A stretch of DNA of 64,000 bases from Trichodelitschia bisporula (lineage: Eukaryota): positions 762,691-826,690 of the forward strand of contig ML996689.1 of assembly GCA_010356995.1 (NCBI GenBank), read 5' to 3'. Below, piece after piece: positions 1 through 12,520 of this stretch. The stretch's first letter is position 1. Every line of letters begins with the position of its first letter. The translations under genes and the position numbers were made by a program. A model generated the notes under the pieces. It worked only from the letters and a program-made list of their open reading frames with translations, made no database searches and was not told the origin of the DNA.

Positions 1-3000
1 GTCGGGGAAGACATCCCGCGCGTCTGGAAGAGAAACAGCTTCTGTTGCATTTTAGCGTCCACTTCCGGGTTTCCGGTAAGCCAGCCCCACAAGTGAGCCC
101 AGTGCCGTGGTGCGAACAACCCAGTTCCTTCAAACCACCCCCGCCCCCTTTTGCTTTTGCGATGCGCGCGGCAGTTAATCGGCGAGGCTGAATGAGTTAT
201 CGGCCGTGGATGACATTGCTACGCGATTTTACACTAGGTTTCGCCGAACGTCAGATAGTGTCCACCTTACGCGCGGACACGCCCGCGTTGACGCGGCGGT
301 TGCCAGGGCATCTCGCAATCACGTGCTCAAAATTAGGTGTACCCCACGTCTGTCAGGACTCCTACTTTCACCACTCCCACCAGCGCCATCTGCTATCCGC
401 AATCCGAAACTAATGGTGCGCATTTTACTCTGCTCTGCGAATTTCCGAAGACGGTTTGTTTGGTGAATGCTTTCGGCGTTCCCAGGTGCATGTAACACAG
501 AGGAAGCAACGCCTTCCTGCGATTACCCTTGTCGTGATGACGTTCGGCCTCCATAATTTAGAGGGAAGGGCCGATGACCATCGCAACTCAGCTCCATCTC
601 CGAACGATCAACCCTGTGCCTCTTGTCAAACAAACAACCATCCGAGAAAAGGATTGCGGCTATTCGATGAGGTATTGTACTACCGCCTCCCATCGCACAG
701 CCTGCGCTGGTCCTATTCTTGTTCCTAGGCGATAAGTTCCGCGCCTGCGCTCCTGCGCGTCGATAGGCGTCGTGCGTGGGAGCCCTGTCCTCTCCTGCAT
801 GATGCAGCCTTACAGTAACTGTTAAACGCAGCGAACACTTTCTGAGCAGGCTCCCAAACGCGCAGCCGCACCGAACACTAGCTAATCGAAGCCCGATCCG
901 ATTCTACGTATCGCACATAGCACAAGCGCCTACGGATGCAGCCACCGAAGTACGGTAAACGCGGAGGCAGCATCGGGTCAGAAATCAGGTGCTTGTATCA
1001 TGAGCTCTTCCCTCGGCTCGCAGTTGCGGTACGCTAAACCGTTGCCTGGGAGAACAAGCTGGAGTCGTTTGAGCTAAGATGAGGGCAGCAAAGCTGAACA
1101 AGGGGGTGGCCAGTAACAGCAAGCGCGGAAAGGAGCCGAGGGCCCGAGGCGCCGCCCTTGTGCAGCGCTAACAACCCGCGGCTTCTGGAAGCGCACTAGA
1201 AGAATATGGAGAATGCTGGCCCAAACTCCCCAAAAAAGCGAAATCCGCGCTCATCCTGTTTGATCGTCCCATCCTAGCCGCGTTTGGCTTTATCCGCTCG
1301 GGTTGCACCTTTCTGCCGCGTCGCAAGTACTCCGAAACGATTTAATATACAGGCTTGCGATCACAGGACCGCTTCACAGCAGAAAAGAAGTCCCGGCCGG
1401 AAGGCGACGGACTGACGCGTGTACGAGTTCTTGCAAACAGCTTCCCGGGCTCCTCACAGCGCAGCCGTGGTGACATTCGGAAACGCTCGCCTCTCTAATT
1501 TGCAGCGTTCGCCGCCAGCTGACGAGGCGCCTCGTACCACTATTGGCCTCGGACGGGCTGCATAGGATCGCCGTACTGGCCCACTCAAGTTCGGGCAGCC
1601 TTTCCGAGTGCAATTACGGGGCCCGCCTCCCAACGGGCGCCGTGCAGGGATACATACGCCTTGGCAAGCCAGGACTCGAGAGCATGTCGTCGTTGAGGCC
1701 GTTGCTCACAGCGTCTCTTCGATCGTGAAGATGGCGAAAACATCACAGTCATGGGCAGCGGCAATCGGGATGGCCGACAAACAGGCAGCGCACGCAGCCA
1801 CGATCCTATCCGTGCTTGCACACGGTACCGTACTCAATGGCCTCCAAACAAGGTGCGAGGCCACTGATGTTGATGCGCGCCTTGCTTTAATGACTCGCCA
1901 AGAGGCGTCTCTTCACGCGCGCTCCCCCAGTCAAATAGGCTTTCCGCGATGGCGATCCGCGCGGCCGTCTGGAGCAGGCGACAAACGGTCGCAATGATGC
2001 CTGAATCGCCAGTGGACAGTGGCGCAGCTACGATACGGGGAAGAGAGGCGAGCCACTCGTAGGGCGTCAGCTGCCCACTCTTATGCAAGTAGAGTGGTTA
2101 CAAAGATGTCTCTACTTTGCCTCGCATCTTTTGAGCAACTGTCACTCGGGGCGACGTCGTCAGCCGCCTCGGCTGAAAGCGAAGGAGTCATAGCAGACCT
2201 CGAGATGAAGCTGCAACGTCGCGTGGTAATGCTTGCGTCGCTCAATATGGGGGATTCTCCCGTGCTCGATGACACGAGAATGCAGGATGCCTAGGTTGCC
2301 CCATGTTCCTCGAACCGCACGATGTAATTCGTGGATGGTGTTGGCGAATAATATGCGTGGGAATTGACGGAGGTCGTCCGATGGAGCACGCTGCCAGCCT
2401 GCGGCGTAGCGTCGACGCGTTCGCGGAGAATATTCCTTTCGCTGGGGATTTAGGGCAAATGCTTGGAGGCATGCAGCCCAGCAACGATCCTGATTCCCTT
2501 CCACTATGGATGGGTCATGACCGAATGCTGCTGGGATGAGGGTTGTTGGAGAAAGAAGGATTGCCTTGCCGGACCGTGTTCTGGAAGGACACAATGCTAG
2601 CACGGCATCAAGAGCGGACGGTGTCCCGGAAGCACATCCCGTCGACTCGCGGGAGGCTGTGGCTCTGGGGGCGTGCCATTGTCGGGCCGGAATTGGGGCC
2701 TGAGCGATGAAACACGGTGGCCACGTGTTTCAATGGCTTCTGAGCTCCTTCGAGAAACGCGAATCCTCCGTACTGTGTCACCCGGCCCGTGCAAGCTTCG
2801 CCTCCTTCGCGCCGTCGCGATGGCTTGCGGCCCAGCTGCGGGCGACAGCCGGCGGGCCTTTCCATGCCGCGGGCTTGTTGGGGGAGGGCTTGAAGCTTGG
2901 ACAGGGAGTTTGGCGAGGAGGCGCTTCGACAAACGACCGGTGGATATCACGTTTCGTGGGGCTCCAAGTTGACATCGCCCATCGACATGCCGCCCTTGAC

Positions 3001-6000
3001 TCGGCGCGATCGATGATTGAGGCTCGGGTCGGGGGGAGCGCAGACCCGGAAGCACGACCGAGTTCACTCGCACCTTGCAACACGAGGCTTTTTCGGACTC
3101 TGCCCCAGCAGCTTCCCGGGGCCCGCGGAAGCATTTGACTGGCCCCGAACGTGCGCTCACCCGCTTCCGGTTCCTGGTCCGAGGCACCGGACCCAACGGG
3201 CCAGGATCGCGGCCGATTGGCGATGTGTTTGATTTCCCTGCCACTGGGATGCTGCGTGAACTGCGACTCCAACCACCTCCAAAGATGACCGGTTCCGCTT
3301 TGCTGCAGCGGTTCAATAATTGGCCCCGGATGCTGACCCGACGGCGGAGCTTGCCCCACGTGGAAACTGCAGCGGTTCAACCGAGTCGTTGTGCGCCCGC
3401 GCATACGAGCTTCCAGCCTTCCACTGTTTATTTGTCCTCCCCTGTTGTGGGAATTCCTTTTCGACGTTGGGATGCACTGCATCAATGCTTCGTGCTAGTT
3501 CACACACGAATACAACGTGCTTTTCATCCTCGAGAGCTGGTGCTGCAATGGTTGGATCTCCGCCGTCGGTATGTCATGGCATTCGTATCCATTTGCCGCA
3601 ACGTATTATTTTAGATCGGCCCTAGCGCTTCGTCACACCTTTCAGCCTCGTCGACTGGTTTGCCCCTACAAAAAGCATCTGCCGTGGACTACTCCGTACC
3701 CTTTACTGCATGTTTGCTATTACACTCTCATCAATAGGTTACCGAATCCGTGAAGCTCTCCGTCCCTGGGAAGCCACCGACCCGATCGTCCTTCACTTTA
3801 GCGCGCCGGGGCCACACATCGCGATACTTTTTCTTCCCCCGACCATCCCCCCTTCACCGTTGCAGCCTCACGTCTCGCTCGACCATTTTGCCCGATAGCT
3901 CCCCGACACAATGGACCTCCCTCCCGCCGGCACACGCGCAATGTCTAAGGCGAAGGCGCAGCATCCGACGTCCCGACAATGCAACCACGACGCAGGAGCA
4001 TTCCGCATGGACCGCGATGAAGCCCAAGGAAAAACAAGCGAGGGGCCACTATCAATCCCAACGCCATGGACAGCGGTGCCAAGAATCCCCTGCAGATATT
4101 CTGCAACCGCCTGAAGAATGATGCCATGCAATCACACGGAGAAGACGCCTCGTCGCAGCAGATCCAATGGCCATTACCACATCAATTCCTCGCCCCTATC
4201 AGCGTCAGCCGAGAACCTACTCCCAGCAATCTCGCCAAACCGATCGATTGCCGTCGTCCCATATCCATGGTAGCCAGACCCCCACCCGTCATCCCAATCC
4301 CACGGCCGCGTCGCCAGTTCTGAGGACTAAAACTACCCAAACCCTCATCAACTTTTCTAGCCACTCCCCTTCATATCTCCCCAACTCGCCGCCCTCTCGC
4401 ACCCTCCGTCGGCCGGCCCGACTCTCCCTTCCCGAGACCCTGTGTCCCCCGTTCTTGTCCCGAACCCCTGGCTCCGGGTCATGGAGTAACTGACCGAGCA
4501 GTCACGGGATCTCGAAGGGGACGGAGCAGCTGCCTCCAGAAGATGCGTGCAACACCGGGCCATGTAGCGAGCAATTGATAGCGTGTACGGGACGCAGATC
4601 GGCTCACTGGCATCAGGCGTCGGAGAACTCGATCGGTTCCACGATGGCTTCATCTTGATCCGGTCACGATGTCTGCGCTCGGCGATGAGGCCAGTTCATA
4701 GTCCGATTCCTGCATACTTCATATCGGACAAGGAAACGACACGGTTTGTGCGAGAGTGCTTGCCGCACGGATGGGCACTCAGTGCGCACCGTCGCGGAGT
4801 GGAAATTGCCACATACGGCTGTGATCTGTCCGATATACCACGGCGGAAGAAGCGCTCGGAGCTGTCACCTCTCTAGGCTGAGTGTACGGGCCCGTTTTGG
4901 ACAGACGACGTTACTGCGGCTCTTCAGGCGCGGGGATAAAGACGGGGTACGGCAACGGCTATCGTTTTGTACGCCGGCCCGGCGGCGTGGGTCGTCCTCG
5001 GGCTAGTTACGGGATGGCAGTACTGTGGCACACTATGCTTCTCGAAGGCAGGTGACGGGCGGCTCTGTGCTCTGGCTAACCCATAATCATAGGTTAAGTC
5101 GTGAGTTAAGTCCCAGGACTGTCTTTCAAAGGTGACTCGAGCTAGTTCAACTGTTTGGGCTATAACATCTGACAGCTGGGCTCGTGTCGCACCATTGCGA
5201 AGGGCGACACAATTGTACAAGGCATTTGGACCGAAGAACGCGCAAGGCTCAACGAGGCTGACCCAGTCCTTCTACGGTAGAGCCAGAAATAACGCCTCAC
5301 TGTCTCCGTCTTTGAGCCTCCCCGCAGGGCCAGCCACGTCGTTGACGGCCGTGCACTATTGCGGGGTATACGTCGCTGTCCGCGCGGCGTAAGGCGGGGA
5401 TATGCGGGGGAGCGATTTGGCCTCGTCGGCTTCCCCCGTCACAGAACCACGATCACAAGCCGAAATGACCGGCCAAAAATACTCCACCCCTACATCGCCC
5501 GCTGCAATGCAAGGCAAATCACCGCCCATGTCCTCCGCTTCAAGCCGAGACCTTCTCCAACTAACCCTGGCCCTCCCCGCGACGTCTCGCAATAAGACAC
5601 CACTCTACCCCGATCAACCACCTTTCCTACCCCCTGCCGTCTGAAAGCGAAATTACCCCAGCTACTTACCGCACCCCGCTCCCCCGCATCACACCCCCAG
5701 CTGCATGTACCCCAGACTCCGGACATCGCCGCTGACGCAGGTACCCGGCTTTCTCGCCTAGCCCTGTTGCCAGGCGACCCTGGGCTTAGGACGGCGGGCA
5801 CCGGCATATGATCGATGGTGCATGAACACTGTGGTTTAGGCCTAGGCTGCTGCGGAGAGCGCTGGGGGCTGGGTTGGGTGCGGACGGATAGGGTAGTTTA
5901 TGGAGCGAGAGTTCAGTTGATACTAGTTTGGTATGAGTTCAGCCTCGTTCGATCCTCGTACGCAGTTGGGGAACAAAGGCGGAATGCACTCCGTGCGGCT

Positions 6001-6530
6001 GGTTCCAATGGTGTTGTACACGGCATTGCTAGTAGGATATTGACAATTTCAGGTGGGAAGTCTTGAGGAGGGAATAGTGGCACGGTATGAGCACTCGGAG
6101 TCAGATTTGGGAAGTAGCTTCGTGGATCGTGAAGCTGGCTAACGCAATGCGCTCATGACATGTTTAACCGCGCCTGTTTTCGCTATCCAGGCGTACCAGT
6201 ATCAAGGAAGCGGGCATCGCGGCTGCCGTCAGCGAACTCAGTGACATTAGACCCGCCTCTCCGCGCCGTATGATGTGGACATGATGCAGGAGCATTGTTA
6301 TGTCAGGAAGGAGCATACTTATCTGAGGAATGAGCATGATGGGAGGAAGGAGCATAGAAAGATACTTCGCATTATCGTGTATTTAGTCTTGTAAGTCTCT
6401 GACTCTCTCTCTTCTCTTTGTCTTCATCTCAGTCTTCACTGTACACAGTCGCATGTTGCACATGTCAAGTCTTGCTTCCATTACCGTAACCCCGATGTTC
6501 AGAACCCGCCCGCATTAGCACCATCCTCAC

Positions 6531-8927
6531 TCACAACTCATCCTCAGTCTCCTCTCCCTCAGCCTCCTCCCCATCAGCCTCCTTCTCCCCAGTCTCTACT
6601 CCCTCCTCTAACTCCCCCAACCGATTAACCTTAAGCAAATACACCATCTCCCGTCTATCCCCGCCCAAGTCCCCTCCAGCCAGCTTCTTATTGAATCCAG
6701 TGATCCACGTATTCCAAATCCCCGGCTCCTCGAACTCCTCCACCTTCTCCCTCATCACCCTCAGCGCCTCAATGGCACGGGCATACCCACTATCACCCGT
6801 ACTATCCCTTACATACCCCTCAGCCACCTCCCCAAACTGGCGGACTACATCCCGCACTCCGTCTAGGTCTTCCGTCCGCTCGAGCAGCTGCTTGAACTCT
6901 GGGATCGCGTTCGAGGCACTGATCCCCCGGCGAGGTTCGGCTGAGCCAGACCGCAGTAGGGCGTCGACGTCGAGGCCTGAGAGGGGCTTTTCAGGGGGCG
7001 CGCGGTTGCGGCCGCCGCGGAGCTTGGCTTTGGGGGGTACTACACAGGTAGGTTAGCCGAATTCATGGAGGATGAGTGGGAGGGGAGACAAGCCCTTCTT
7101 CACATTCGCGGCCTGGATCACCCGCTCCAGCACGCCCTTATTCTTCGCAAGCAACTCCTCCGGCGGATGCGCGAACCTCGTAAGCACAGGCAAGGGCGGC
7201 GGGAGCGGAGCCTGCGGATCAGCCACGCGCGTGCGGATGGCGTGGCTCAGTCGATGCGCCTTCATGCTGAACGTCTCGTACACCGTCGCATACTCGCCCG
7301 GTCGCCCATCCGGCCCCGTCCCAAACTCCGATAAATCCATCCCGTCGATGTAAGCCCCCATCGCCTTCATAAGCATCACGTCGGGGAGATTGCGGTGCTG
7401 CGCTAGCGTCTCGCCCTTGACGGTCACCACGCGGTCGAGCGGTGGGAACGTGTAACTGCGTACATCCTCTGCGAACGGCAGCTCGACGTCTACGAGCCCT
7501 TCGAAGCCCTGCTCGAAGAACGGCGCCAGCAGGACCATGCGCGGATCCGCCCCCGCGCGCTTCACGAACCGTGCTACGGCGTACAATTTCAGCTCGTCGA
7601 GCGCGCGGATGAGGGAGGAGAGTGCGAGAGCCGCTTTGTCGTTACCCCGCTGCGGGATCAGCAGGTTGCTGTTAGTCATGTTGAGGTAGCGCGGGTGCTT
7701 CTCCGCCGCGATGAACCCGACGAGGTCGTACACGGGCATCGTGTCGAGCTTAACCACATTCTCATCGCTCCCCTCGATCGGCACCGCGGTCCGCCCGTAC
7801 GTATACCCCTTCGCCAAATCATCCCTCTCCACATCGCGCTTCCCCCCCGGCGCATCCGGATCCTGGATCGTGTACGTCCGCGCATTCGTCACGGCGCTCA
7901 CCCCCGCACTCTCCACCGTCGCCGAGCTCGCGAGGCTGCCGCCCTGCGTCCCCTTCCCCTTAACCACAACACTACTCGCCGTCGGCGCCGGCGCAGCGGT
8001 CGTGCGCAGATATCGCTCAATCTCAATCATCAGCGCATCGTCGTAGACATCGCTGTTCCCCAGCCGTAACACGCCGCGGAAGTTTACGGCTGCGCCTTTG
8101 GCTTTTGGGATGGGGTTTGCGAGGTTGGCGATGGCGGAGGCGAGGGTGCGGAAGGAGCCTTTTTCGACGGATTGGGCGAGTTGCCGGAGGGAGGCTTCGT
8201 TTTGTGCCTACGAGGTTAGGTAGGGTATGCTGAAAAAGGGGGGTAATGTACCTTTTGCGCGGGTTTCGATTCCTCTTTATACCCGAAGTCGGGATCATCG
8301 AAGTCGACGCCGCTGCGAGAGTTAGATCATGAGTCTTCCCAGCAGACACCAAACTCACATGATATTCAACCGAATCCCCTCCTTATTAATTTTCTTCGCT
8401 AGACTCGCCATATCATCGTCATCCATCTCCCCCCTCCCATTCGTAATCAGCGTCACGACTTTCTCGCCGTACTTCCTCTTCCCGCAGTGCTTCGTTATCA
8501 TCGACACCGCCACTACAAGCGCTGAGAAAACTACCCTCATCAGCATCCGCCCCGGCTGGTCAGATACGCCACTTACTATCCCCGTTCTGTGTACTGCTAG
8601 GCCAGATCGTCTCCCGAATATGCGCCAGCCCCTCCATAAGCACCCTGTCCCATTAGCCCCCACATCAACGTACTGCTTAACAGGATGCACCTCCACAATC
8701 CCCTCATACCCCTCCATCTCCCCCAGCATATGCTGCGTCTCATCGGCTTTCACAGCCAAAACGCCTATCTCCAGCGTTTTCCGCTCAGTTTCGACTACGG
8801 CTGTTATTCTTTCCCACACGTAGCTCATGGCCCAGGTTAGGTCGGTCTCCGACCGGCCGTGGTGCGTTGAGCCCATGGAGGGGGAGATGTCGAGGACGAA
8901 GACTGTTGCTTCTTTTGGGGTTGCCAT
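6531..8927 (-). CDS. KU80: Ku80 subunit of the Ku70/80 DNA end-binding heterodimer, 6 exons
   Basis: vWA N-terminus (KEATVFVLDISPSM), Ku core (LAKGYTYGRTAVPI, ELPFAEDVRSYTFPPLD) and C-terminal domain (KPLSGLDVDALL, NAIPEFKQ, LGGDRREM). Introns 8673-8645, 8576-8531, 8358-8313, 8251-8208 and 7093-7040 give one continuous frame. Confidence 0.95.
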
Positions 8928-9803
8928 GTTTGCGGGGTTTTGGCTCTGGGCCTAGGTTGCAGATTCAGTGCTCAATAGATAAGAATTGGGAAAAGGAATT
9001 GGAAGTGAGGGAAGAATGGTGCGTGGAAGGCTGCCGCGGCGTTGTCAGTTTATGTGGTTAGGACCTCGCGCTCCAAACGCGCCGTTCGACGTGGTGGGTG
9101 CCTGGCCGCAGGTGCGTGGTCACGTGGACGGCTATGCTGGGAAGGCGCCAGGCTGGAGATGAGTTAGGCAAACACCCTAGGAATGGTAAAGGGAGAGATG
9201 GAGTGGTCTTTCTGATTTGAGCCAAGAAAAGCTGTCACGGTTTAAGTGTCCGCTCAGTTCCAATCTCAATATAGGACATGGAAAGCGGAGCATCGGACTG
9301 GAACGATGGAATTGACTGACGAGCACAGTCTGGGGTTGGGAAGCGGCAGGTTGATGGTCATGACATGCTTGAGCTGGAGAGCCAGAGCAAGATATTTACG
9401 AGCATAGGTATCCCCAACCGAGACAACGAGTGATTGATTCCAGTCCCAGGCCCATCACCATCCGACCTCATCGAAAGCAACAAAAAAGGCGTAGATAGCC
9501 CGATACGCTACCATATACCAACCCTTAGCCCATCACACAAGTATACCCACAAGATAGAGAAAGAAGCCGGCTAAACCTCAAAACCCAACGCCACGCCCCA
9601 AACCCGCAATGCATGATAAAGCAGTCATCGAACCCTCAAGAAAAAAAAAGCACCCTAAGATCCAATCCACAGTATAAAATCGCCCAAACCCAAGGAACAA
9701 AAAAAAAAGGATAAGGATACGTCCATCGTCGTAGCCAACAACCGTTCTCCACCATCAACTCAGACCCCTAGGATCATCTCCATCGTTCAAGAAGGGAAGT
9801 TAG

Positions 9804-12170
9804 TTACTTAAATCCCCAACTCGGAAACGCCCCCCCCCCCTTCCTCTCCAACCTCAAATGCTGATACGGACTACTCTGCGGATCACAATACAACCCCTCA
9901 ACAACCCCATCCCTCCTCCTCAAACACACATAATAAAACCCACTGATCGTCAATCCACACCCATCCGCCAGAATCTCATCCTCCCCATTCCCACTACTCC
10001 ACACCGGCCCCGTCCCACCCCCCCACCTCTCCCCAGGCGCCTTGACAAAACACCTCTCCTTCCACCGCATAAGCACATACTCCTCCCCCAGCTTCCTCAG
10101 ATACTCTGCAGACAGCAGCCGCCTCAGCAACTCCTTGTCACTCATGTCCTTGAACGGCTCTAGCTTCCGCCAGTACGTCGCGTCGTTCGCGGGACTGCTT
10201 TTGAAGCTCTCGGTCAGCAGGGTATGGGTTCGGAAATCGATGAGCTCGCCCTCGAGATACGTCGTGATGCTCTTCTTCTCCCGCGCGTCCTCGCCCACCG
10301 GCCCACCGATCGAAGAACAGGTCGGCTGTGGATGTGTTGGGACCTCGTACGCCTTCATCGTGGCTGCCAGCGTCATTCGCTCGTAGTCCACTGAGTGGAT
10401 AGTAACCGTCACGGGCCATTGCTCAGCCGGATACTTCTCCGGCGCACCAGTGGCAGAACCGGTGCCCGCATGTGGTGGCACGGTCGTATGTGGGGAGCGG
10501 TATGCATGTAGCGAGGAGCCAGGGTACGTGTTCGTAGTCCAGCGACTGGGGATGTCGTGAATAGCAGGGTGGGGAAGTGTACCGATGCGCGGCGACTCCC
10601 AGCGCCAATCAAGCTCCCACCTCCTCTGGTAATTCGAGCTGCTGCCCCCGGGAGGAGCAGTGTGGGACGGTAAATCAGGGTTTGCGCGCTGTTGGCCCGA
10701 GAAGACGGTGCCGGGCGCGAGGAGGGAGGTTTCGCACAGCGGGGGAAGGTCAAAGATGTTGACGATGGCGGGGCAGTACAGAGTATTGATCCACCTCTCG
10801 ATACCAGCGTCTGCGCCATACGCTATGCTGTCTTGCAAGCTGAGGCTGCTGCGGATGTCGGCCAGATACTTTATTGTGCTGGAGAGGTATGGCGCTGGGG
10901 GGGGGTGGCCATTGGCGAACGGGTCGGTGATGACGGTACGGCGCATGCGGGGCCTTGGGTCGGTATTGTCCGTGGGCTCTGGACGGGGTTGTGCCTGCGT
11001 TGGGGTGGTGTACTCTTCGGGTTCGGTGGTATAGCGTTCCCGGTCCATTGTGTACTGCAATGTGTAATCGGGGGCGGGAGCGGGAGCGGGAGAGCGAGCT
11101 GAGGCTCGAGAGTGTTGTCGCACCGCGCGCAGGATGGCGGCTGAGTATAGCGACGACGGGGGATTCTGCGAAGTCGATCCGGCCTGCAGTTGTGATGCGT
11201 GCGACCGCGTCCTCCGCTCGCGCTCCACCTCCAGCTGCGTCTGTCCCAGCACGCGGAGTGATTCTGGAGTCGCATTTGGTTGTTGCGAGCGCAGCTCGCG
11301 CAGGATGGCCTGCAGTTCCATCTCTTCATCCTCGCCCTCGCTTGCCGGTGACCAGTCGTACAGCGAATTGTGAGTTGGTATGCGATCGCCGTACGTAGTA
11401 CCGTGAAGGCGATGAAGCCGGGCGAGGACACGATGCAATCGTTCGCGGCGGGCGCGGTCGTCGTTCGCAGCGGAGCGGTCCTGCGCCATTCTGTTCGGGT
11501 TGTTGGTGGATGTGCTCGTGTGCATGCGCAGCCTGTATTGTGCGAAAGACTCAGCGTTCTGCGCACGCCATTCGCCTTGCGGATCAACGGGTGTACGGAA
11601 GGTTAGGTGTGCGTCGTTGGCAGCATCCTCGGCTGGATTTGTCAAGGTGGCCGCGAGATCCGGCACAGGGATCCCATCAATTTGCTGCAGCGCATGCAGA
11701 TATGGCGAGTACACGGACGTTGACGAGGCGGACGAGGCCTGCGGTTGCAGCGGCGGTTGCTGCTGGTGTGGTTGCTATGTGTGGGGGAGTCAGGTTAGCG
11801 GGTGATGCTGGCGGCTTTCTGGGCAGATGGTGCCTTTTGGCATCCGTTGGTGCGGCACTTGTCATTCGCTCGAAGGAGGGGGCGGGCCTTTGTGCTTGTG
11901 TGTGGGGGTGGGGAGATGAGGGGAAAGGAGTGGCTGGGGGGCACCCAACGACACCTTTACAATGGACTCTTTGTATTGAAAAGGAGTATATATATTTGCG
12001 AGAGAAGTACGTACCGGGTCAGAGTTGGAACGAGATTGAATGCGCGACTGGGAAGTGTTTACTAGAAGATTCACGCTGAATGAGCCTTCGTGGTCATGGT
12101 TGTGGGGGGAAGTCGATAAGCGCAGCGCGATGTGGGGAGACACCGCGAGCAGTTACTTACAAGGCGGCAT
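9804..12170 (-). CDS. Vacuolar import and degradation (Vid24/Gid4-like) domain protein
   Basis: C-terminal motifs FSGQQ, WPVTVTIHSVD, ITTYLEGELIDF, YVLMRWKERCF, GLTISGFYYV, GLYCDPQSSPYQHL. Inferred 5' exons 12170-12161 and 12061-12015 (GTAAGT and GTACGT donors) join in frame to the exon starting at 11774. Confidence 0.85.
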
Positions 12171-12478
12171 CGCATTGAGACCTTTGCAAGGCCAGTTGAA
12201 GGGATGAAAGAGTACAAACAATGGATCGGTGGCGAGAAGCTCATCGACTATCTAGCGGTTCGGGCCAGAATAGCGCCCCGACCTTTGATGACAGGTTCGA
12301 GAAGCTCGAGCTGTTGCACCTGACACGGAGAACGAGAGAGCTGGGAGCTTGGAAGAAGGATGCAAATGTGGCGCAAGGAGATACGGTAAGAGGTTCGAGA
12401 GGATATCGTGAGGAGGGTGAGTGGTTGCAAAGGAAGAGTAAGAGGGAGAGTAGGGAAGAGAGAGCGAGAGTGCCGAGC

Positions 12479-12481
<3 letters not shown>

Positions 12482-12516
<35 letters not shown>
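12482..12516. repeat. (AG)n microsatellite
   Basis: Perfect AG run of about 17 units. Confidence 0.95.

Positions 12517-12520
<4 letters not shown>

Noticed and set aside
6285..6357. Four AGGAAGGAGCAT-like short repeats
   Set aside because: Short degenerate repeat in the Ku80 3' region with no further support.
1..6500. Many short ORFs of 60-240 aa
   Set aside because: No recognisable domains, codon bias or consistent splice model; expected by chance in GC-rich DNA.
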